64,000 nucleotides of DNA from the NCBI RefSeq assembly GCF_009914755.1, contig NC_060927.1. One strand, written 5' to 3'. The stretch comes from the human T2T-CHM13v2.0 reference genome, Homo sapiens. Position 1 is the stretch's first letter; every line of letters starts with the position of its first letter. The notes beneath the pieces are model-generated. The model was not told where the DNA came from, ran no database searches, and saw nothing but the letters and a program-made list of their open reading frames with translations. Shown one piece after another: positions 53,479 through 64,000 of this stretch. The position numbers were made by a program, and so were the translations under genes.

Positions 53479-54216
53479 TGATTTGTGTTTTTTTTTTTAA
53501 AGTAGATATTAAACATACATCTCAGATGACAAGTGGAATTTATTCCCAAAGTGCAAGGATGGTTTAACAAAAATCAATTAAGGTAATATGCCACATTACT
53601 AGAATGAAGGAGAAAAACAATGATCATCCCAACTGATGCAGAAAAAGCATTTAACAAAATTCAAGATAACTTTTTGATTAAAAAATACTCAATGAAATAG
53701 GAATAGAAGGCAATATCCTCAACATAATAAAGGGGTATATATGAAAATCTCACAGCTTACATCACACTTGATGGTGAAAGACTAAAAGCTTTTCCCCTAA
53801 AATCAGGAACAAGACAAGGATGCCACTTCTATTTAATCCAGTACTGAAAAGTTTTAGCCAGAGAAATTAAGCAAGAACCTTCTCACTGCCTCATTTACCC
53901 TTTCTCTCCAGGCATCTCAACTGGACAGGAAGTAGTAAAATTATTTCCGTTCCTAGATGACATGATCTTACATGTAGAAAACCCTAAAGATTACACACAC
54001 ACACAGCTAATAAATGAATTCAACAAAGTTGTAGGATGCAAAATGAACATGCAAAAATCAGTTGCATTTCTATTGTTCACTGACAGTGAACAATCTAAAA
54101 ACAAAATTAGGAAAACATTCCATTTATAATAGCATCAAAAAGAATAAAATACTTAGGAATAAATTTAAGCAAGGGAGACAAAAGACATAAACTGAAACAT
54201 TGCTGAAACAAATTAA

Positions 54217-54405
<189 letters not shown>

Positions 54406-55138
54406 TGAGTAACTGGGATTACAGGTGTATGCCACCACACCTGGATAATTTTTGTATTGTTAGTAGAGACAGGGTTTCACCATGTTGGCCAGGCTGGGAA
54501 GACAATATTCTTTAAATGACAACGTTATCCAAAGCTATCTACAAACGCAATCCATATCAAAATGCAATGCAATCCCTATCAAAATTCTAACAGCTGGCCA
54601 GGCACGGTGGCCCATGCCTGTAAACCCAGCACTTTGGGAGGTCAAGTGGGGAGGACTGCTTGAGCCCTGGAGTCCTCAAGACCAGCCTGGGCAACACAGT
54701 GAGACTCCATCTCTACAAAAAATTTTTTAATTAGCCAGGCACAGTAGTACATTCCTGTAGTCCCACCTACTTAGCAGGCTGAGGTGGGAGGATCACTTGA
54801 GCCTGGGAGCTCAAGGCTGTAGTGAGCAGTGACTGCGCCAATGCATTCCAGCCTAGGTGACAGAGCAAGACTCCGTCTCAAAAAAAAAAAAAGAATATTG
54901 TCTTCCAATCCATGAACGTGGGATTTCTTTCCATTTACTTGTTTAAAAAAACAAAAAAAAAAAAAGCTGGGTGCAGTGGCCCACGCCTGTAATCCCACCA
55001 CTTTGGGAGGCCAAGGCAGGTGGGTCATGAGGTCAAGAGATCGAGACCATCTTGGCCAACATGGTGAAACCCCGTCTCTACTAAAAATACAAAAATTAGC
55101 TGGGCGTGGTGGCAGGTGCCTGTAATATCAACTACTCA

Positions 55139-55384
<246 letters not shown>

Positions 55385-55460
55385 TTACTATAAAGCTACA
55401 GTAAGCAGAACAATGTGGTACTGGCATAAGGTCAGACATATAAAACAATAGAGAGCCCAG

Positions 55461-55560
55461 ATCTTCTGTAGTTCATCAGTATGATACCTGGGTGTTTCAC
55501 ACACATGTGAGATGAGTCATTCTTGAACCTTGTTATGATGTCAGCACTACCCATCTAACC
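55461..55560 (+). pseudogene. U13 (SNORD13) snoRNA retropseudogene
   Basis: Colinear with U13 (tgtagttcat, gggtgtt, gtgagatg, cttgaaccttgtta, taccc); box C and D degenerate; A-rich tail follows. Confidence 0.85.
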
Positions 55561-56868
55561 TGAAAAAAAGAAAAGAAGAAGAAAAAAGAACCCAAAAATA
55601 AACTCTCACAAATATAATCAACTGATTTTTGACAAAGATGCCATGACCAGTCACTGGGGAAAGGACAGTCTCTTCAACAAATGCTACTGGGAAAACTGGA
55701 TAGTTACACGCAAAAGTGAAGTTGGACTCTTATACACAAAAATTAACTCAAAATAGATCAAATAAATGAAAAAAGAAGAGCTAAAACTGTAAAGCCCTTA
55801 GAAGAAAATATAAGAAAAAGATCTTCATGATGCTGAGTTTAGCAAGGATTGAAAAGTATAGGCAACAAAAGAAAAAAATTGATAAACTGGAATTCATAAA
55901 AATTAAAAACTTTTGGCCGGGCGTGGTGGCTCACGCCTTAATCCTAGCACTTTGGGAAGCCAAGGCAAGCGGACTGCTTGAGCTCAGAAGTTTGAGACCA
56001 GCCTGGACAACATGGCAAGACCCCATATCTTAAAAAAAAATAAATACAAAAAAAATTAGCCAGGCATGGTGGTGTGCACCTGTAGTTTCAGCTACTTGAG
56101 AGGCTGAGGTGGGAGGACTGCTTGAGTCCAGGAAGTGGAGGCTGCAATGAGCCAACACTGTAGCACTGCACTCCACCCTGGGTGACTGAGGGAGACTCTG
56201 TCTTAAAAAAGAAAAAAAAAAAAAAGTTAAAAATTGTGCAAATCACACAATAAAGAGAGTGAAATGCTAACCAACAGAATGGGAGAAACTATTCACAAAT
56301 CATATATCTAACAAGGGTTTAATATCCAGAATTTGTAAAGAATTCCTACAACTCAACAATAACAACAAAATAACAATTAATAACTCAAAGTGAGAAAAGG
56401 ACTTGAATGAACATTTCTCTAAAGAAGATATACAGGCTCGGTGGGGTGGCTCATGCCTGTAATCCCACCACTTTGGAAGGCTGAGGTGGATGGGTCACTT
56501 GAGCTCAGGAGTTCAAGGCCAGCCTAGGCAACATGGTGAAACCCCATCTCCACAAAAAATATGAATATAAGCCAGGCATGGGGGCACATGCCTGCAGTCC
56601 CAGCTACTTGGAAGACTGAGGTGGGAGGATCACTTGGGACCAGAGGCTTGAGGCTGCAGTCAACTGTGATTGCGCCACTGCAGTCTGGGCAACAGAGCAA
56701 GAAGACCCCGTCTCAAAAAAAAGAAAAAGAAAAAAAAACCCAAACAACAACAAAAAAGAAGATATACAAATGGCCAATCAACATATGAAAAATTGCTCAA
56801 CATCAATATTCCTTAGAAAATACAAATTGAAATCACAATGAGATACCAATTCCCACCCACTGGCCCTT

Positions 56869-58053
56869 GGGTACATGTGCACAACATACAGGTTTGTTAC
56901 ATATGCATACATGTGCCATGTTGGTGTGCTGCACCCGTTAACTCGTCATTTACATTAGGTTTATCTCCTAATGCTATCCCTCCCCCCTCCCCCCATCCCC
57001 CGGCAGGCCCTGGTGAGTGATGTTCCCATGTCCAGGTGTTCTCATTGTTCAATTCCCACCTATGAGTGAGAACATGCGGTGTTTGGTTTTCTGTCCTTGC
57101 GATAGTTTGCTCAGAATGATGGTTTCCAGCTTCATCCATGTACCTATAAAGGACATGAACTCACCTTTTTTTATGGCTGCATAGTATTCCATGGTGTATA
57201 TGTGCCACATTTTCTTAATCCAGTCTATCATTGATGGACATTTGGGTTGGTTCCAAGTCTTTGCTATTGTGAATAGTGCCGTAATAAACATACGTGTGCA
57301 TGTGCCTTTATAGCAGCATGATTTATAATCCTTTGGGTATATGCCCAGTAATGGGATGGCTGGGTCAAATGGTATTTCTAGTTCTAGATCCTTGAGGAAT
57401 CGCCACACTGTCTTCCACAATGGTTGAACTAGTTTACAGTCCCACCAACAGTGTAAAAGGGTTCCTATTTCTCCACATCCTCTCCAGCACCTGTTGTTTC
57501 CTGACTTTTTAATGATCCCCATTCTAACTGGTGTGAGGGTATCTCATTGTGGTTTTGATTTGCATTTCTCTGATGGCCAGTGACGACAAGCATTTTTTCA
57601 TGTGTCTGTTGGCTGCATAAATGTCTTCTTTTGAGAAGTGTCTGTTCATATGCTTCACCCACTTTTTGATAGGGTTGTTTGATTTTTTTCTTGTAAATCT
57701 GTTTAAGTTCTTTGTAGATTCTGGATATTAGCCCTTTGTCAGATGGGTAGATTGTAAAAATTTTCTCCCACTCTGTAGGTTGCCTGTTCAGTCTGATGGT
57801 AGTTTCTTTTGCTGTGTAGAAGCTCTTTAGTTTAATTAGATCCCATTTGTCAATTTTGGCTTTTGTTGCCATTGCTTTTGGTGTTTTAGTCATGAAGTCC
57901 TTGCCCATGCCTATGGCCTGAATGGTATTGCCTAGGTTTTCTTCTAGGGTTTTTATGGTTTTAGGTCTAACATTTAAGTCTTTAATCCATCTTGAATTGA
58001 TTTTTGTATAAGGTGTAAGGAAGGGATCCAGTTTCAGCTTTCTACATATGGCT
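56869..58053 (-). mobile_element. L1PA (about PA5-6) 3' fragment: ORF2 C-terminus and 3'UTR, no poly(A)
   Basis: ORF-track peptides 57465-58121 and 57049-57522 are L1 ORF2 ([25 protein letters not shown]; [17 protein letters not shown]), frameshifted. Confidence 0.93.
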
Positions 58054-58600
58054 CCTGGATCGATAGTTTCTATGTAGAATAATGAAAACATTCTGGAAAT
58101 GGATAGTGATGATGGTTGCATAACAATGTGAATACATTTAATGTCACTAAATAGTACACTTAAAAATGGTTAAAATGGGCCAGGCACGTTGGCTCACACC
58201 TGCAATCCCAGCACTTGGGGATGCCAAGGTGGGCAGATCACTTGAGGTCAGGAGTTCAAGACCAGCCTGGCCAACATGGTGAAACCCTATCTCTACAAAA
58301 AATACAAAAATTAGCCGGGTGTGGTGGCACATGCCTGTAGTCCCAGCTACTTGGTAAGCTGAGACAGAAGAATCGCTTGAACCGGGAGGCAAAGGTTGCG
58401 GTGAGCAGAGACCACGCCGTTGCATTCCAGCTTGAGTGACAAGGAGACTCCGTCTCAAAAAAAAAATCACCAAATAATTTTTGTTTGTTTGTTTTGAGAG
58501 TCTTGTTCGGTCACCCAGGCTGGAGTGCTGTGACACGATCCTGGCTCACTGCAACCTTTACCTCTGGGTCCAAACAATTCTTCCTCAGCTTCCCAAGTAG

Positions 58601-60080
<1,480 letters not shown>

Positions 60081-61263
60081 AAAAGTATAATGAGGATTAA
60101 AGGATATAGATGAAACAAGAGTGTCCCCAAGTTAATGACTAAGTGACAGACATAACTGAGTGATAGGTACACAAGGGCTTATTGCTCTCTATTTGGATGT
60201 ATATTTGAGTTTTACTATAATAAATATTAAAAAACAAACAAGTCTTCAAAATGTGCAAAGCTTTTCAAGAATTTATCCCCTTACAAATTTTAGCAAAAAT
60301 GAGTACAGAAGAGGAGGCAGGGAAAGGCAAGGCTCAGAGGGATTCAACAGTATAAAAAATAAAATAAAATAAGAATAAGAACAAAGATTTGGCTATAAGA
60401 ATACAATCACAGTAATATTTAGAACGGGAAGGAAATGTGTTATGTATTTTATAGTAAAACCTGAGACAAAGAGCAGAAACCATTAAAAACAATCTAGACG
60501 ATTAAAACACTTAAGCACAAGCTGGAAGACCCTGGATACAAACTTGACTCTGAGCTTCCTAGTGGCCAAGGCAGAGAGAGGAAAACATCAACATAGTTCT
60601 AGTATACTTAGAGGTATACTACAGGCGCATGCCACCACACCTGGCTAACTTTTGTATTTATAGTGGAGACGGGGTTTCACACATGTTGGTCAGGCTGGTC
60701 TCGAACTCCTGACCTCAGGTGATCCACCCTCCTCAGCCTCCCAAAGTGCTGAGATTACAGGCATGAGCCACTGTGCCTGGCCAACACCTTGTATATTTTA
60801 TGCTTTCTGAAAATGCTAAATATCAAATAAGCCACTGGTTCCCAAATGTTTTGATCATGAATGCCCAACAACAAAAATTCAAGTATATGCTCCCAATACA
60901 TGTACACTTACATATAAATTATATATGTACTACAGTGATAATACAGTGTACATTATAAAGTACATAATAAAAATTATTATGGTGGTTCATGCCTGTAATC
61001 CCAGCACTTTGGGAGGTTAAGGTGGGTGGATCACTTGAGGCCAGGAGTTTGAGACCAGCCTAACCAATATGGTGAAACCCCATCTCTACTAAAAATACAA
61101 AATTAGCCAGGTGTGGTGGTGCACAGCTGTAATCCCAGCTACTCGGGAGGCTGAGGCAGGAGACCAAGATTGCAGTAAACCAAGATAGCATCAATGCACT
61201 CCAGCCTGGGCAACAGATTGAGTGAGACTCCATCTCAAAAAAATAATAATAATAATTAAATGG

Positions 61264-61590
<327 letters not shown>

Positions 61591-62088
61591 AATAATAATT
61601 AAATGAAGCTGAAATAAACAGGAAAATTAGTTTTATTTTTTTCCTGAGATCCACGTGCATCTTTATGCTTACATACCAACTTTGGACCCCACTGCAAAGC
61701 TTCCTTATGATTTAGCATCCCTGCAACCATTCTAGGTTAGTGCCCTTGACTGCTTAAGCAGAAACTGTCAAATGGCAGTGGTCAAATTGCTGTCACCTTC
61801 TTGCTGAGTTCCACCATCCCCACACTAGAGTCAGTGACGCTGGCTTCCTCCCACCACCCCTACCACCTTCTTCCACTACCCTTACCTGCCAATGAGCAAC
61901 AGAAAAGACTGTGGGCTGCGTGCAGTGGCTCACGCCTGTAATCCCAGCACTTTGGGAGGCCGAGGCGGGCGGATCACCTGAGATCGGGAGTCTGAGACCA
62001 GCCTGACCAATAGGGAGAAACCTCGCCTCTACTAAAAATACAAAATTAGCCAGGCGTGGTAGTGCATGCCTGTAATCCCAGCTACTCA

Positions 62089-62193
<105 letters not shown>

Positions 62194-63197
62194 TCAAAAA
62201 AAAAAAAAAAAAAAAAAAACAGACTGTGGAAGCAGGTACAAGAACAGCATAAAAGGATGGACTCTTTTGTCAGCCAAATCTCAGTTTGCACACAACACAC
62301 TCCGTCTCAAATTCGCTAGGTGACCCAGGGCCAGTCAAATAACTTTTCTAAAACTCTCCGTAAAGGGGGTGATAACAGTGTTATCTCACCTGGTTATTAT
62401 GAAAACTAAGTGAGATAAGCTAATATTACAGTACCTAGGACACTGCCTAAACAGCACAAGTGCTCGATATCACCCAGAATTATTACTCTGAGTGGCAAAA
62501 GACGACACCTGAACCTTGTTTCTTTAGCCAACTCAGTAAGGTAGCAAGTTCTAACGGAAGGAGCTCAGGTGGCAGAGGTGTGGCAGACCTGGTTTGAAGG
62601 ATGATCCACCCTTGACAAGCTGGGTGACCTTGTAAGAACCCAGCTTCTCTATGAGGAGTCCTCTCATCTGTTCAACGGGGGTGATGACACAAACTGTATA
62701 TGAAGTACCTGTCAGAGCCGGTAAAACACTGGCAACCACCAATGGTGAGAGTAAGCAAACAGCACATGAACCTGTCATTCCAGGATCCCTGAGGCACATT
62801 CACATGCATGGCTAGATTCTGAGAGAGAAAACATCCCTAAAGTCTACCACCAAATGTTAATATACATACCTGCAGTGAAGCCCACAGGCACACTTTTTCT
62901 TTCCTTTTTTAGTTTATTTAATTCCTGAATCGCATATGCCTCCATTTTTCTAGTAATAAACTTGTAGTAAACTTTTTACCCACCTAATGACAGTGACTGA
63001 GGGAACGGGGGAAGGGCCCCAAACCAGTGATTATAAAGTCCACGGAGATCTCTAGAGAGGGGGCGTTTTTGCCGCAACAGCAAAAGAAAAGAGAGAGCAT
63101 TCAAGCCAGGCGCGGTGGCTCACGCCTGTAATCCCAGCACTTTGGGAGGCCGAAGCGGACGGATCATGAGGTCAGGAGATAGAGACAATCCTGGCTA

Positions 63198-63435
<238 letters not shown>

Positions 63436-63651
63436 TCATAATAAATTTAAAAAGCCTAATTCTTTCCATTTCAATTTATGACCAAAAGAATAAATATGGA
63501 AATATATTTATACAGTGTTAAATATATTTATATAGTGTTTTTTACATCATGTGCTCAGTGGGAATACTGCAAATGTGTAAAACACCTAAAATGTAAACTA
63601 TATTAACACACATTTTAAAAGATACAGGTCTTGGCCGGGCACGGTGGTTCA

Positions 63652-63942
<291 letters not shown>

Positions 63943-64000
63943 TTAGGCATCACTGAGGAACACCTAAAATGGATACAGCACTAACTAGACACCCTCGACC

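Noticed and set aside
57049-58121. Two ORFs resembling a retroelement protein
   Set aside because: Frameshifted L1 ORF2 C-terminal remnant, not a functional gene.

Overview
Human (primate) genomic DNA containing nearly all of SCAP (SREBP cleavage-activating protein) on the minus strand. All 22 coding exons (exons 2-23) were located with GT-AG boundaries. They sum to 3840 nt (1279 aa plus stop), from the ATG at 32116 to the TGA at 274-276. Exon 1 and the promoter lie beyond the right edge, and 32215-64000 is intron 1. Non-exonic sequence is dominated by repeats: more than 60 Alu copies or fragments (including an AluYa5 and an AluYb8), L1/L2/MIR, MER11, ERV1 and MLT1 LTRs, and a U13 snoRNA pseudogene. 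There are no prokaryotic features (no CRISPR array or operon), and I found no convincing new multi-gene system. The most unusual object is a TSD-flanked, polyadenylated retrocopy at 58798-60080. It preserves a spliced transcript that starts in a THE1 LTR, splices into C1orf100/SPMIP3-like exons, skips one exon and forms a chimeric reading frame. Other items worth checking are three uATGs packed into the 98-nt 5'UTR part of exon 2, a tail-less L1PA patch replacing part of an older L1, a templated inverted duplication between facing Alus, a sense-oriented MER11 LTR, and a possibly non-reference-length intron 3. Gene and repeat identities are from recognition of sequence, not from searches.
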